Assembly: GCA_963708025.1 (NCBI GenBank)
Contig: CAVPSB010000032.1
Location: 256,001 to 320,000 of the forward strand
Source of the DNA: an uncultured Candidatus Rokubacteria bacterium
GTDB taxonomy: Bacteria > Methylomirabilota > Methylomirabilia > Rokubacteriales > DASRDR01
Length of the DNA stretch: 64,000 bases
Direction of reading: 5' to 3'
The notes beneath the pieces are model-generated. The model saw only the letters and a list, made by a program, of their open reading frames with translations, was not told the origin of the DNA and made no database searches. The position numbers and the translations under genes were made by a program. Below are positions 10,139 to 22,149 of the stretch, one piece after another. The first letter of the stretch is position 1, and each line of letters opens with the position of its first letter.

Positions 10139-11533
10139 TCAGCGCTCCAGCTCGCCCGCGATCATGTTGACCGACCCGAAGGTCGGCACCATGTCGGCGA
10201 CCATGCGTCCCTCCAGCATGCGGTGGAGCGCGGCGGTCGGTGGGAGGCAGGGCGGGCGGCAGCGCACCCGGTAGGGCCGGTCCGTCCCGTCGGACACGAC
10301 GTAGAAGCCGAGCTCGCCGTTGGCGCCCTCCACCGCGAAGTAGGCCTCGCCCTTCGGCGGGCGGATGCCGAACCCCTCCATGATCAGCATGAAGTGGTTC
10401 ATCAGTCCCTCGATGGAGCCGTAGGTCTGCTCTTTCGGCGGCAGGACGGCGCGCCGGTTGGCGGCGTTGACGGCGTCGTGGAACGGCCGCTCCTGCCCGC
10501 GCAGGTTCGGTGAGAGCCGGAGCGGGGTCAGGAGGAGCCCGTCGGTCTTCCCGAGCTTGCCGCGGTCCACGAACTCGGCGGGGGTCGGCAGGGGTCGTCC
10601 CTCGAAGTCCACGTTGACCGGCCCCGCGGGCATGCGGGCCATCGCCTGCTCGGCGATCCGCATCGACTGCTCCATCTCGGCCATGCGGACGAGATACCGG
10701 TCGTAGTTGTCCCCGATCTCGCCCACGGGGATCTCGAAGTCCAGGCGGTCGTAGGCCCAGTACGGCGTCGCCCGCCGGACGTCGAATGGCACGCCGCAGG
10801 CCCGGAGCATGGGGCCGGTGATCGCGTAGGCGATCGTCTCGTCCCGGGAGAGGATCCCGATCCCCTTCATCCGGTCGATGAAGATCCGGTTCCCGGTCAG
10901 CAGCTTGTGGACCTCCTCCAGAACCTCCCGGGTCTCCTTGAAGGCCTGCCGGACGCCGGGCTCGAAGTCGGACGGCAAGTCGGCCTTGACGCCGCCCACC
11001 CGACCGTAGGAGATCGTCAGCCGCGCCCCGGTGACCTTCTCGATCACCTCCCACAGGAACTCGCGGGCCTTGATCATGTAAAGGAAGGCGGTGAACGCCC
11101 CCAGCTCCATGGCGGTGGCGCCGATGCAGGTGAGGTGGTCGCTGACCCGGGAGATCTCGCTCATGATCACCCGGATGTACTGGCAGCGCTCGGTGACCTC
11201 GATGTCCAGCAGCTTCTCGACCGCCGAGGCGTACCCGAAGTTGTTGATCAGGGGCGAGACGTAGTTCAGGCGGTCGGTGTACGGGATGGCGTTGTTGTAG
11301 GGCCCGGCCTCGCAGTGCTTCTCGAACCCCCGGTGGAGGTAGCCGATCTCCACGTCGGCCTTGACCAACGTCTCTCCGTCCAGTTCGGCGAAGATCCGGA
11401 TGACACCGTGCATCGCCGGATGGGACGGCCCGATGTTGACCAGCACGTTCTCGGTCGCCTCCGGCTGGGGGAACGTCCCCTCGCCGAGGAAGAACTCCTG
11501 GGTCCGTCGCGTCGCGCGCTCGGGCTCGGCCAT
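10139..11533 (-). CDS. nuoD: NADH-quinone oxidoreductase subunit D (cluster 1)
   Basis: NIGPSHPAMHG, IGYLHRGFEK, YTDRLNY, C-terminal GELER. Confidence 0.95.
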   Translation of the reverse strand: MAEPERATRRTQEFFLGEGTFPQPEATENVLVNIGPSHPAMHGVIRIFAELDGETLVKADVEIGYLHRGFEKHCEAGPYNNAIPYTDRLNYVSPLINNFGYASAVEKLLDIEVTERCQYIRVIMSEISRVSDHLTCIGATAMELGAFTAFLYMIKAREFLWEVIEKVTGARLTISYGRVGGVKADLPSDFEPGVRQAFKETREVLEEVHKLLTGNRIFIDRMKGIGILSRDETIAYAITGPMLRACGVPFDVRRATPYWAYDRLDFEIPVGEIGDNYDRYLVRMAEMEQSMRIAEQAMARMPAGPVNVDFEGRPLPTPAEFVDRGKLGKTDGLLLTPLRLSPNLRGQERPFHDAVNAANRRAVLPPKEQTYGSIEGLMNHFMLIMEGFGIRPPKGEAYFAVEGANGELGFYVVSDGTDRPYRVRCRPPCLPPTAALHRMLEGRMVADMVPTFGSVNMIAGELER

Positions 11534-11536
11534 CAG

Positions 11537-11682
11537 TCGGGCCGGGGGGGAGCTACGCGCTTCATCCGGATCGCCGCGACGCCTCGGGCCTGCGGCCCTC
11601 GGCGCGTCGCGCCCCTCCGGCGGCCCGGCTCACCCCTCCGCTCTCGTCGCTCCCGCATCCCGGGCGATGGCCGCACGGTCGC
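11537..11682. repeat. Family B repeat, copy B1 (nuoC-nuoD gap)
   Basis: tcgggccgggggggagctacgcgc..catccggatcgccgc..cgggcctgcggccctcgg matches 46174 and 46993. Confidence 0.85.
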
Positions 11683-12180
11683 TCAGTTCTTGGGGCCGAT
11701 GAGGGGCTGGCGGCGGTTGATGAGGTAGTCCTTGCGGAGGGGATGTCCCACGAACTCCTCGTACATGAGCAGGCGCCGGAGGTCGGGATGGCCCTCGAAC
11801 CGGATCCCGTACATGTCCCAGACCTCCCGCTCGTACCAGTTCGCGATGGGCCACAGCGGCACCGCCGAGAACACGACGGGGTCGTCTTCCTCCACCGACA
11901 CCTTGACCCGCAGCCGGTGGTTTTCGGGGACGGAGTAGAGATGGTAGACCACCTCGAACCGCCCGCCTTCCTCCCGGCCCGGATACTTGAGCCAGTCCAC
12001 GGCGGTGAGGTCCATCAGCATGTCGAACCGCAGCGCCGGATCGTCGCGACAGAAGCGCAGCAGCTCCAGGGCCGTCGCCCGGTTGACCACCGCGGTGTGA
12101 TCGCCCCGGTGGGCGTGCGTCTCCCGGATGGCCGGGCCGAACCGCTCCTTCAGCCGCCCGAGAATCGCCTCGCCGTCCAT
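11683..12180 (-). CDS. nuoC: NADH-quinone oxidoreductase subunit C (cluster 1)
   Basis: MDGEAIL start; EREVWDMYGIRFEGHPDLRR, GHPLRKDY. Confidence 0.93.
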   Translation of the reverse strand: MDGEAILGRLKERFGPAIRETHAHRGDHTAVVNRATALELLRFCRDDPALRFDMLMDLTAVDWLKYPGREEGGRFEVVYHLYSVPENHRLRVKVSVEEDDPVVFSAVPLWPIANWYEREVWDMYGIRFEGHPDLRRLLMYEEFVGHPLRKDYLINRRQPLIGPKN

Positions 12181-12203
12181 GGTGTCGATCGCCGGCGGAC
12201 CCG

Positions 12204-12662
12204 CTACACGCGCGTCCGCTCGGCGGCGATCTTCTCTTGCAGCTTCATCAAGCCGTCGAGGACCGTTTCCGGACGGGGCGGGCAGCCCGGGATGTAGATG
12301 TCCACCGGAACGATGGTGTCGATCCCCTGGATCACCGCGTAGTTGTCGTAGAAGGCCCCGGTGCAGGTGCACTGCCCGAACGCCACCACCCACTTGGGCT
12401 CGGTCATCTGGTCGTACACCCGCCGGAGCACCGGGCCCATCTTCTGGTTGATGGTGCCCACCACGAACAGCACGTCGGCCTGGCGTGGCGAGAACCGGGG
12501 CAGCCCGGCGCCGAACCGGTCGATGTCGTAGTGGGAGCAGGCGGCCGCCATGAACTCCATCCCGCAGCAGGCGGTGACGAACGGGTAGGTGAAGATGGAG
12601 TACTTCCGCGCCCACGCGATGGCGTCGTCCAGCTTGGTGGTGAAGAATTCCCCTACTCCCAC
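12204..12662 (-). CDS. nuoB: NADH-quinone oxidoreductase subunit B (cluster 1)
   Basis: TACCGME, SPRQAD, IPGCPPRPE; GTG start overlaps the end of nuoA. Confidence 0.93.
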   Translation of the reverse strand: MGVGEFFTTKLDDAIAWARKYSIFTYPFVTACCGMEFMAAACSHYDIDRFGAGLPRFSPRQADVLFVVGTINQKMGPVLRRVYDQMTEPKWVVAFGQCTCTGAFYDNYAVIQGIDTIVPVDIYIPGCPPRPETVLDGLMKLQEKIAAERTRV

Positions 12663-13003
12663 TCGAGGCCCCCCTTGCGCCAGATATACAAGAGCCCCAG
12701 CATCAGGATGCCCAGGAACACCAGCATCTCGACGAAGCCGAACACCCCGAGTTGACGGTAGACGACGGTCCACGGGAACACGAACATCATCTCGATGTCG
12801 AAGATGATGAAGAAGATGGCCGTGGTCGAGAACTTGATCGCGAAGCGCCCCTCCGACACCGCGATCGGCGCCTTCCCGCACTCGAACGGCTCGAGCTTCA
12901 CCGCGGAGAGCCGCCGCGGCCCCAGCACGGTGGGCAGCCAGGCCAGGAGCAGGGCCACCCCGAGGCAGATCGCGAACACCATCAGGATGGGGACGTACTG
13001 CAT
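12653..13003 (-). CDS. nuoA: NADH-quinone oxidoreductase subunit A (cluster 1)
   Basis: KLEPFECG, FIIFDIE, KGGLEWE. Confidence 0.95.
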   Translation of the reverse strand: MQYVPILMVFAICLGVALLLAWLPTVLGPRRLSAVKLEPFECGKAPIAVSEGRFAIKFSTTAIFFIIFDIEMMFVFPWTVVYRQLGVFGFVEMLVFLGILMLGLLYIWRKGGLEWE

Positions 13004-13006
13004 CGC

Positions 13007-13930
13007 TCAGGCCCCCGGCCGCCCGGCCGCCGCCGCGGCCTCGACCTGCCGCTTCGCGTGATACGACGACCGGACCAGCGGGCCGGCCTCGACGTGCCGG
13101 AAGCCGAGCCCCTCGCCGATCGCGGCCAGATCCCGAAACTCCGCCGGCGGGACGTAGCGGACCACCGGCAGGTGGGCAGGCGACGGCCGGAGGTACTGAC
13201 CGAGGGTGAGGAGCTGGACGCCAGCCGCCCGGAGATCCCCCATGGTCGCCGCCAGCTCTCCGGTCGTCTCGCCGAGGCCGAGCATCATGCCCGACTTGGT
13301 CACCGGCTCGGTCCGGTGCCCCCGGGCCCGCTCGAACAGCTCGAGGCTCCGCTCGTAGCGCGCTCCGGGGCGAACATCCCGATAGAGCCGGGGCACGGTC
13401 TCCACGTTGTGGTTCAGCACGTCCGGCCGGGCCGCCAGCACCGTCTCCAGCGCCGGCGCCGAGCCCTGGAAGTCCGGGATGAGGACCTCGACCCCGCAGC
13501 CCGGCGCCTCCCGGCGGATCGCCCGGATGGTCCGGGCGAAGATCTCCGCCCCGCCGTCGGCCAGGTCGTCGCGGTTCACGCTCGTCACCACCACGTGGGC
13601 CAGCCCCATCAGGGCCACCGTCCGGGCCACCCGGTCCGGCTCGCCCCAGTCTTCCCAGGTCGGGCGGCCGTGGGAGACGGCGCAGAAGCCGCAGCGGCGG
13701 GTGCAGACGTCACCCAGGATCATGAAGGTCGCCGTCCGGTCTTCCCAGCACTCGCCGATGTTCGGGCAGCGGGCTTCCTCGCACACCGTGTGGAGGTTCT
13801 GCTCGCGAAGGAGCGCCTGGAGGCGCATGTAGTTCGGGCTGCCCGGCGCGCGCACCTTGAGCCAGGACGGCTTGCGCCCCGGGACGCCGTGGGTAGAGTC
13901 GGGCTGGAGGACCGGAAGTGCAAGCTTCAT
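13007..13930 (-). CDS. lipA: Lipoyl synthase
   Basis: [18 protein letters not shown], radical-[18 protein letters not shown]. Confidence 0.96.
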   Translation of the reverse strand: MKLALPVLQPDSTHGVPGRKPSWLKVRAPGSPNYMRLQALLREQNLHTVCEEARCPNIGECWEDRTATFMILGDVCTRRCGFCAVSHGRPTWEDWGEPDRVARTVALMGLAHVVVTSVNRDDLADGGAEIFARTIRAIRREAPGCGVEVLIPDFQGSAPALETVLAARPDVLNHNVETVPRLYRDVRPGARYERSLELFERARGHRTEPVTKSGMMLGLGETTGELAATMGDLRAAGVQLLTLGQYLRPSPAHLPVVRYVPPAEFRDLAAIGEGLGFRHVEAGPLVRSSYHAKRQVEAAAAAGRPGA

Positions 13931-14079
13931 TCGTGAGAGACCGGCGTGACCTCGCTCATTATGCCACAGCCACGCACCAGGCAAGACCGTAACGGGGCTC
14001 CGGACCAGAGCCCCGTTACTCCGCCAGTCGCGGTCGCCCACGCTCCCGCAACGCCACGACCCGGCCACTACCCGGATGT

Positions 14080-14164
<85 letters not shown>

Positions 14165-14173
14165 GCACCGCGT

Positions 14174-14203
14174 ATGATGCCGCGACGGCCGCGCCACTGT
14201 CAA
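14174..14203 (-). promoter_or_regulatory. Putative sigma70 promoter of tRNA-Leu
   Basis: Minus strand TTGACA (14198-14203), 18-nt spacer, then CATCAT (14174-14179), just upstream of the tRNA. Confidence 0.5.
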
Positions 14204-14224
14204 GCGCGGCGACGGCGCGGCCCC

Positions 14225-15187
14225 TCACCGCTCGCGGAGCTTCGGGTTGAAGGCCTCCCGGAGCCCCTCCCCGAAGAGGTTGAAGGCGAGGACGACGACG
14301 AGGAGTGCCGTCCCGGGGATCAACGTCAGCCAGGACGCGTCCAGGATGTAGCGCTTGCCGTCGGAGAGGATGTTGCCCCAGCTCGCGTTGGGGGCCGGGA
14401 CGCCGAAGCCCAGGAACGAGAGGCCGGACTCGGTCAGGATCGCGCCAGCGACCCCGAGCGTCGCGGAGACGAGGACAGGCGCCATCGAGTTGGGAACGAG
14501 GTGGCGCCAGATGACGCGCGGGCCGGGGTTGCCGACGGCCTGGGCGGCATGGATGAACTCCTGTTCCCGGAGGGAGAAGATCTCGGCGCGGACGAAGCGG
14601 GCGGTGCCCTCCCAGCTCGTCAGCCCGATCACCACCATGATGTTCCAGATGGACGGCTTGAGCACCGCCACCACGGTCAGGATCAGGAAGAACTGGGGGA
14701 AGGAGAGCATCACGTCGATGAGCCCGGCGATGAGCGCGTCCACCGTGAAGAGGGACAGCGGTCCGATCCGGATCATCGACCGGCCGTAGTAGCCGGCGAT
14801 CCCACCCAGGGCGAGGCCGATCCCGGTGGCGATGCCGACGGCCACGAAGCCCACCGACAGCGACACGAAGCTGCCCTCCAGCATCCGGGCGAAGACGTCC
14901 CGGCCCAGCTCGTCGGTGCCGAGCAGGTAGAGGCCGAGCCGCGGCAGGCTGGCTGCCGGCACCGCCGCCCGGTTCGGCGTCGAGAACGGCGGTTTCAGCT
15001 TGTCCGGCAGCCGCACCTCGCGAGGGTTCAGGACCGGGTGCTCGCCCTTGGTCAGGGCGAGGCCGCCGAGGGCCAGGAGGAAGAACACCGCCACGATGGC
15101 CATGCCGATCACCGCGGTCCGGTTTTTCCGGAAGGCGCGCCAGGCCAGCTGCGAGGGCGAGACGGTCCGCTTGGTCGGCCCGGTCAC
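14225..15187 (-). CDS. Peptide/nickel ABC transporter permease (OppC/DppC-like)
   Basis: [16 protein letters not shown]-like loop [21 protein letters not shown]. Confidence 0.9.
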   Translation of the reverse strand: MTGPTKRTVSPSQLAWRAFRKNRTAVIGMAIVAVFFLLALGGLALTKGEHPVLNPREVRLPDKLKPPFSTPNRAAVPAASLPRLGLYLLGTDELGRDVFARMLEGSFVSLSVGFVAVGIATGIGLALGGIAGYYGRSMIRIGPLSLFTVDALIAGLIDVMLSFPQFFLILTVVAVLKPSIWNIMVVIGLTSWEGTARFVRAEIFSLREQEFIHAAQAVGNPGPRVIWRHLVPNSMAPVLVSATLGVAGAILTESGLSFLGFGVPAPNASWGNILSDGKRYILDASWLTLIPGTALLVVVLAFNLFGEGLREAFNPKLRER

Positions 15188-16143
15188 AGCCGGATCCGCG
15201 GGTCGACGACCATGTACAGGAGGTCCGACAGGAGCGTGCCCACCACGGTCAGGGCCGCCCCGATGAAGTTGATGGCGATCACCACCGGGTAGTCGCGCCC
15301 GAGGACCGCTTCGAAGGCGAGCCGGCCGATCCCCGGCCACGCGAAGATCGTCTCGAAAATCACGCTCCCGCCGATGAGCCCCGGGAGAAGGAGTCCCAGC
15401 ATGGTCACGAACGGGAGGAGCCCGTTCCGGAGGGCGTGGCGGTACAGCACCGCATCCTCGTCGAGCCCCTTGGCCCGGGCGGTCCGCACGTAATCGGAGC
15501 CGATGACCTCCAGCATCTGGGAGCGCACGTACCGGGAGAGGTATGCCACCCCTCCGGTCACCCCCAGCGCCGAGGGCAGCGCCAGGTGCCACACCCGGTC
15601 CATCATCCCGGAGAAGAGCCCGGCCCCTTCTCGCCCGAACGTTCGAAGCCCGATCACGTCCACCTGAAACGTTTGCACGACGAAGAGGATGCCGAGGTAC
15701 GAGAGATAGAACCCGGGGATCGAGATCAGGGCGAAGACGACGACGGTCGTCATCCGGTCGAAGAGCGAGTTCCGGCGGATGGCGCTGGCGATTCCGAGCG
15801 GAAACGCGTAACACCAGACGAGGATCGTCCCCACCACGAAGAGGGGGAGGCTGTTCCAGGCGCGCTCCACGATCTTGCCGAGCACCGGCTGGTTGTCCTT
15901 GAACGAGCGCAGCTGGCCGGTGAAGAGCCGCTGGTAGAAGAGCCCGTACTGCACGTAGAGCGGCTTGTCCAGGTCGAAGGCGGCCCGGTAGCGGACGAGC
16001 TGCTCCCGGGTGAAGCGCGGGTTCATGGGGTCGATCTGGCTCGGCTGCCCCGGAGCCAGATGGATCACCCCGAACGACACGATCGAGATGATCACGAGGG
16101 TCAGGAGCTTCCGCCAGAGAGCCCGAGCGACGAACGTGAACAT
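15184..16143 (-). CDS. Peptide/nickel ABC transporter permease (OppB/DppB-like)
   Basis: [27 protein letters not shown]. Confidence 0.92.
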   Translation of the reverse strand: MFTFVARALWRKLLTLVIISIVSFGVIHLAPGQPSQIDPMNPRFTREQLVRYRAAFDLDKPLYVQYGLFYQRLFTGQLRSFKDNQPVLGKIVERAWNSLPLFVVGTILVWCYAFPLGIASAIRRNSLFDRMTTVVVFALISIPGFYLSYLGILFVVQTFQVDVIGLRTFGREGAGLFSGMMDRVWHLALPSALGVTGGVAYLSRYVRSQMLEVIGSDYVRTARAKGLDEDAVLYRHALRNGLLPFVTMLGLLLPGLIGGSVIFETIFAWPGIGRLAFEAVLGRDYPVVIAINFIGAALTVVGTLLSDLLYMVVDPRIRL

Positions 16144-16169
16144 GGATCAGCGGGGCGACGGCCGGCGGA

Positions 16170-18300
16170 TCAACCCTGGCTGCGCTCGGGCCGGTAGGGC
16201 GGCAGCACGGGTACCGGCGTCTTGATCCACTCGTTGAAGTGGAAGCTGAGCTGGCCCAGCTTGTTCGGCGTGAACGCCAGATACCGGGGCTTCCCGTCGG
16301 GGCCTGGCACCATCCGGACGATCTTGGCGTCCATCAGCGCGAGCACCCGGCGGACGTACAGAAACGTGTAGGGCTGGTCCTCGGTGATCAGCCGGTGCAG
16401 CTCGCGAGCCATCTCGACCTGGCGTTGCTCGTCGTACTCGCGGCGGATGCGCACCATCAGCTCGTCGGCCCGCGGGTTCTTGTATCCGACGAAGTTGAGC
16501 TGGAAGTGCCCCGTCTGGCTCGAGTGGAAGATCTGGTAGAGATCGGCGTTCAGGTCCATGGACCAGCCCAGGACGACGGCGTCGAAGTCGCCTTTGTTGA
16601 CGCGCTGGTTGATGAACACCGCCCACTCGAGCGAGAGCGCCTCCACCTGCACGCCGAGCCGCCGCCAGGCGTTCTGGGCGATGACCATGATCGCCTGGCG
16701 CTCCTCGTTCCCCGAGTTCGTGATGATCGTGAACGCCAGTGGCGTCCCGTCCTTCTCGAGGATCCCCTGGCTGTTCCGCTTCCAGCCCGCCTCGGCCAGC
16801 AGCCGGGCGGCGCCGTCGGGGTCGTAGGGGAGGGGCTTCACCGAGGGATCGTAGTACTCGACCTGCTTCGGAAACGGACCGGTGATCGGCTCCCCCTCGC
16901 CGTAGAGCGCGTATCGGATGATCTCGTCGATGTTGATGGCCATGCCGAGTGCCCGGCGGACCCGCACGTCCTGGAAGATCGGCCGCCGCATGTTGTAGCC
17001 GATGTACGTGTAGCCGAGCCCCAGCCGCTGGGTCGTGTGGAAGCGGGGGTCGTTCCGCAGCCGGGCCACCTGGTGCGGCTGGGCGGCGTAGGCGTCGGCG
17101 GTGCCGGCGTAGAAGGCCAGCTCGGTGGTCAGCGTGTCGGGAATGATCCGGATGAGGTACTCCTTGAAGTTCGCCGGCCCTTCCCAGTACCCGTCGAAGC
17201 GCTCGAGCCGGATCGAGACGTCGGTCTTCCAGTCCACGAACCGGAACGGCCCGCTGCCGATCGGTCGCCGGTTGAAGCCTGAATCGCGGACGCCGAACTT
17301 GGCCGGATCCTTCCCGGCCGCGACCGCTTCCTCCCGGAGCTTCGTCGCGTTCAGCAGGTGCTCGGGCAGGATGCCCATCCCCCAGCTCTCGAAGCCGGGC
17401 TGGAAAAGCTCCTTGTAAGTCACCCGCACCGTGTACCGATCGACGGCCTCCACCGACTTCACCGGCTCGAAATCCGGAACCCGGGGGGAGAGGTTCCGCG
17501 GGTCCACGATCGTCTCGTAGGTGAAGCCCACGTCGGCCGCCGTGACCTCCACGCCGTCGTGGAAGCGGACGCCCGGACGGAGCTTGAAGACGATGACCGG
17601 GTTCGGCTCGGTGGCGGGCACCCGGCCCTGCCCCACCGCCCGGGCCAGCGTGGGATCCGGGGCCGTGACGAACCGGGCCGGGTCCAGCCCCTCCAGGCGC
17701 TTGACGTAGCCCCCCAGCACGCGGTCGAGCCCGGCGAAGAAGTCCTGGTCGACCTCCCGAAGCGTGAACTTGATGCGCGGCGGGCGCCGGATCGTCACCT
17801 CGACCGGAGCCGCCGGCTTGCCCTTCGCCTCGGCCGGGGGCGCCACGCGGTCGGTCACGGTCTCGGCCGGCACCACCTCCATCGTCTCGACGAGGCGGAG
17901 CGCCGGCGCCCCCGCCGCCTTGGCGGCGGTCAGCCGGTCCAGCAGGCCGCGGGCGGTGACCCGCGCGCCCTCACCCAGCGGGACCGACTCGTCGAACGAG
18001 CAGGTAGGCCTCCTCGGAGATCCGCCAGGACTCGGCCAGCCGCCCGCGGAACTTGAGGTCGAGGTCCCGGTCGATCAGCCCCTCGAAGACCAGGCCGTTC
18101 ACCTCGCTGGAGGCGGAGTCGGCCGAGAGCGTGGGATTCAGGATCGAGGCGTCGCCCGAGGAGGCGCTGATGTAACGGGTCAGCCGGCCCGGATCGCCCT
18201 TGGCCTGGTCCTTGAAGGTCGGCACCCAGAAATACGACTGGAGCAGCACCACGGTGACCAGCGTCGGCGCCGCAAGCAGCAACAGCTTGGTCGAGCGCAT
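16170..18300 (-). CDS. Peptide ABC transporter substrate-binding protein (family 5), split by a +1 frameshift at ~17996
   Basis: The N-terminal anchor and ..ILNP..VFEGL lie in the 17971-18300 frame; FKLRPGVRFHDG, IGSGPF and DVRVRRAL lie in the 16170 frame. Removing one A fuses them (AYLLVDESVP..). Confidence 0.85.
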
Positions 18301-18384
18301 GGCTCAGTCGGGCCGGCGGGGCGCCGGGTTCTCAGGCGTCGGCGGCGATGCCTTCACGGTCTCTCGGACGGAGGACCTCCCCCG

Positions 18385-18690
18385 TCACTTCGGCGCCGGG
18401 GCTGGCGCGGCAGGGCCGGCCGGCGCCGCCGCCGGCGCGGTCGCGGGAACGACGGAGCTGTGACGCGACGAGAGGATCGCCAGCGAGAACGACGTCAGCA
18501 TGAAGAAGATCGCGACGGTGGTCGTGATCTTCCCCAGGATCGTCGGGGTCCCCATCGAGCCGAACACCGCCTGGCTCCCGCCGCCGCCGAAGGCGGAGCC
18601 GATGTCGGCGCCCTTGCCCGCCTGGAGGAGGACGATGGCGATGATCGCGAGACACATCAGCACGTGGACGATGACGATGGCGATGTACAC
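18385..18690 (-). CDS. secG: Preprotein translocase subunit SecG
   Basis: VLLQAGKGADIGSAFGGG; located downstream of tpiA. Confidence 0.95.
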   Translation of the reverse strand: MYIAIVIVHVLMCLAIIAIVLLQAGKGADIGSAFGGGGSQAVFGSMGTPTILGKITTTVAIFFMLTSFSLAILSSRHSSVVPATAPAAAPAGPAAPAPAPK

Positions 18691-18699
18691 GGGGTCTCC

Positions 18700-19488
18700 T
18701 TATCGGGTCGGGGCCGCGGCCCGCTTCTTCGCCTCGCGGAGGACCCGGACGATGGTGACGAAGTCGGCGGCTTTCAGGCTCGCCCCGCCGACCAGACCCC
18801 CGTCCAGCTCGACCTCGGCCATGAGGGCGGACAGGTTCTCGGGCTTGACACTGCCACCATAGAGGATCGGACAGGCGTCGGCCACGCCGTCGCCCGCCAG
18901 CTCGCGCAGGAGGCTCCGGATTCGCGCGTGGACCTCGCCGGCCTGGGCCGGCGTCGCCGTCTGCCCGGTCCCGATGGCCCACACCGGCTCGTAGGCGACC
19001 CAGCACGCCGCGATCTCGGCGGGGGTGAGCCCGGCCACGGCGCTCCGGAGCTGGCCGCTCACGACGGCCTCCGTCGTGCCCCCCGCGCGCTCGGCCGCCG
19101 TCTCCCCGACGCACACCACCGGGGTGAGCCCGTGGGCCAGCGCCCCGCGCACCTTCCGGTGCACGACCTCGTCGGTGTCGCCGAAGTACTGGCGGCGCTC
19201 CGAATGGCCCAGGATGACGACCCGGGCACCAGCGTCCGCGACCTGGACAGGAGAGATCGCGCCGGTGAAGGCGCCCTTGGCCTCCCAGTGCGCGTCCTGG
19301 GCGCCGGCCAGCAGGCCCGAGCCCGCCAGGACGCGGGCCACGGTGGCGAGCGCGGTGAACGGAGGGCACAGGACGACCTGGACGCCGTCCAGGCCGTGGC
19401 AGCCCTCGCGTACGGCCTGGGCCAGCGCGTGGGCCTCGGCCAGCGTGGTGTGCATCTTCCAGTTCCCGACCACCACCGGCTCCCGCAT
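18700..19488 (-). CDS. tpiA: Triosephosphate isomerase
   Basis: GNWKM, GHSERR, AYEPVWAIGTG, YGGSVK, LVGGASL. Confidence 0.97.
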   Translation of the reverse strand: MREPVVVGNWKMHTTLAEAHALAQAVREGCHGLDGVQVVLCPPFTALATVARVLAGSGLLAGAQDAHWEAKGAFTGAISPVQVADAGARVVILGHSERRQYFGDTDEVVHRKVRGALAHGLTPVVCVGETAAERAGGTTEAVVSGQLRSAVAGLTPAEIAACWVAYEPVWAIGTGQTATPAQAGEVHARIRSLLRELAGDGVADACPILYGGSVKPENLSALMAEVELDGGLVGGASLKAADFVTIVRVLREAKKRAAAPTR

Positions 19489-19502
19489 CACGCGTTCCCC
19501 CC

Positions 19503-19680
19503 GATGCCGGGCCGAGAACCGAGCAGCCCCCGTAGGCCGCAGGCCGTCCAGCCGACGCAGGGAGGAGGCGGGCCGAGACGTACGCCGCGATCGACCATCT
19601 GGTCGCGGCGCCTCGGGACGTCGCTCCCTTCCGGGAGGCCCGCCGGGATGATGAAGATGGCGAAGGTCATCGGCACGGCA
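19503..19680. repeat. Family A variant, copy A3 (pgk-tpiA gap) with a different internal module
   Basis: Outer stem gatgccgggccgagaacc / ggtcatcggcacggcatc. The left arm gagcagccccc..aggccg.aggccgtcc..gacgcagggag resembles A2, but the central hairpin is replaced. Confidence 0.75.
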
Positions 19681-20865
19681 TCACGCGTCGTCCAGCGCGG
19701 CCACGCCGGGCAGCGTCCGCCCTTCGAGGAATTCGAGGAAGGCGCCGCCACCGGTGGAGAGATACCCGATCCGCCGGGCGACGCCCGCCTGCTCGACGGC
19801 CGCCACCGTGTCTCCCCCGCCGACGACGGAGAGCCCGGGCGCCTCGGCGACCGCCCGCGCGACGCCGAGGGTGCCGGCCGCGAAGGGCGCCCGCTCGAAG
19901 ACGCCCATCGGGCCGTTCCACACCACCGTCCCGCCGTCCCGGATCGCCTCGCCGAACGCCGCCACCGTGCGGGGGCCGATGTCGAGGCCCATCCGGTCGG
20001 CCGGCATCGCGGTGACCGGGACGACCTCACCGGCGGTCGCCTCGACGGAGAGGGCGACGACGGAGTCCACCGGAAGCCGGATCTCGACACCGCGCGCCCG
20101 GGCCATCTCGGCGAGGCGGGCGGCGGCCGGGATCAGATCCGGCTCCAGGAGCGAGCGGCCCACCTCCCGGCCCTGTGCCTTGAGGAAAGTGAAGGCCATC
20201 CCGCCGCCGATCAGCAGCCGATCGACCTTGGTGAGGAGCGACTCGACGAGCTTCAGCTTGTCCGAGACCTTGGCCCCGCCCAGGATGGCGACCAGCGGGC
20301 GGGCCGGGGCGTCGAGGACCCGCCCCAGCGCCTCCAGCTCCTGCTTCATCAGCAACCCGGCGACGGCCGGGCGGAGAAAGCGCGTGATGCCCTCGGTCGA
20401 GGCGTGGGCCCGGTGGGCGGCGGCGAACGCGTCGTTGACGTAGACGTCGCCAAGCGCGGCCAGCGCCCGGGCGAAGGCCGGATCGTTCGCCTCCTCGCCG
20501 GCGTGGAAGCGGAGGTTCTCGAGCAGCAGGAGCCCGCCCGGAGTCAGGTCGCGGACCTGCGCCTCCACGGCGGGGCCGACGCAGTCGAGGGCGAGCGGCA
20601 CCTCGACGCCGACGAGCTGCCCGAGCCGGACCGCCACCGGGCGGAGCGAGTACCGGGGATCGGGCCCGCCCTTGGGCCGCCCGAAGTGGGAGGCGAGGGC
20701 GATCCGGGCGCCGGCCTTCCGGGCGCGGTCGATCGTCGGCAGCACGCCGCGGATGCGGGAGTCCTCGGCGACCTCGCCCGCCCGCGTCAACGGGACGTTG
20801 AAGTCGACGCGCAGGAAGACGCGGCGACCGGCCAGGTCCACGTCCTCGATGGTGCGCTTCTTCAC
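19681..20865 (-). CDS. pgk: Phosphoglycerate kinase
   Basis: RVDFNVP, SHFGRP, LENLRF, GGAKVSDK, STGGGAFLE. Confidence 0.97.
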   Translation of the reverse strand: MKKRTIEDVDLAGRRVFLRVDFNVPLTRAGEVAEDSRIRGVLPTIDRARKAGARIALASHFGRPKGGPDPRYSLRPVAVRLGQLVGVEVPLALDCVGPAVEAQVRDLTPGGLLLLENLRFHAGEEANDPAFARALAALGDVYVNDAFAAAHRAHASTEGITRFLRPAVAGLLMKQELEALGRVLDAPARPLVAILGGAKVSDKLKLVESLLTKVDRLLIGGGMAFTFLKAQGREVGRSLLEPDLIPAAARLAEMARARGVEIRLPVDSVVALSVEATAGEVVPVTAMPADRMGLDIGPRTVAAFGEAIRDGGTVVWNGPMGVFERAPFAAGTLGVARAVAEAPGLSVVGGGDTVAAVEQAGVARRIGYLSTGGGAFLEFLEGRTLPGVAALDDA

Positions 20866-20866
20866 G

Positions 20867-22112
<1,246 letters not shown>

Positions 22113-22149
22113 CGTCGGCGTGCGCTCGCCGTGGGCCTCCGATCCCGCA

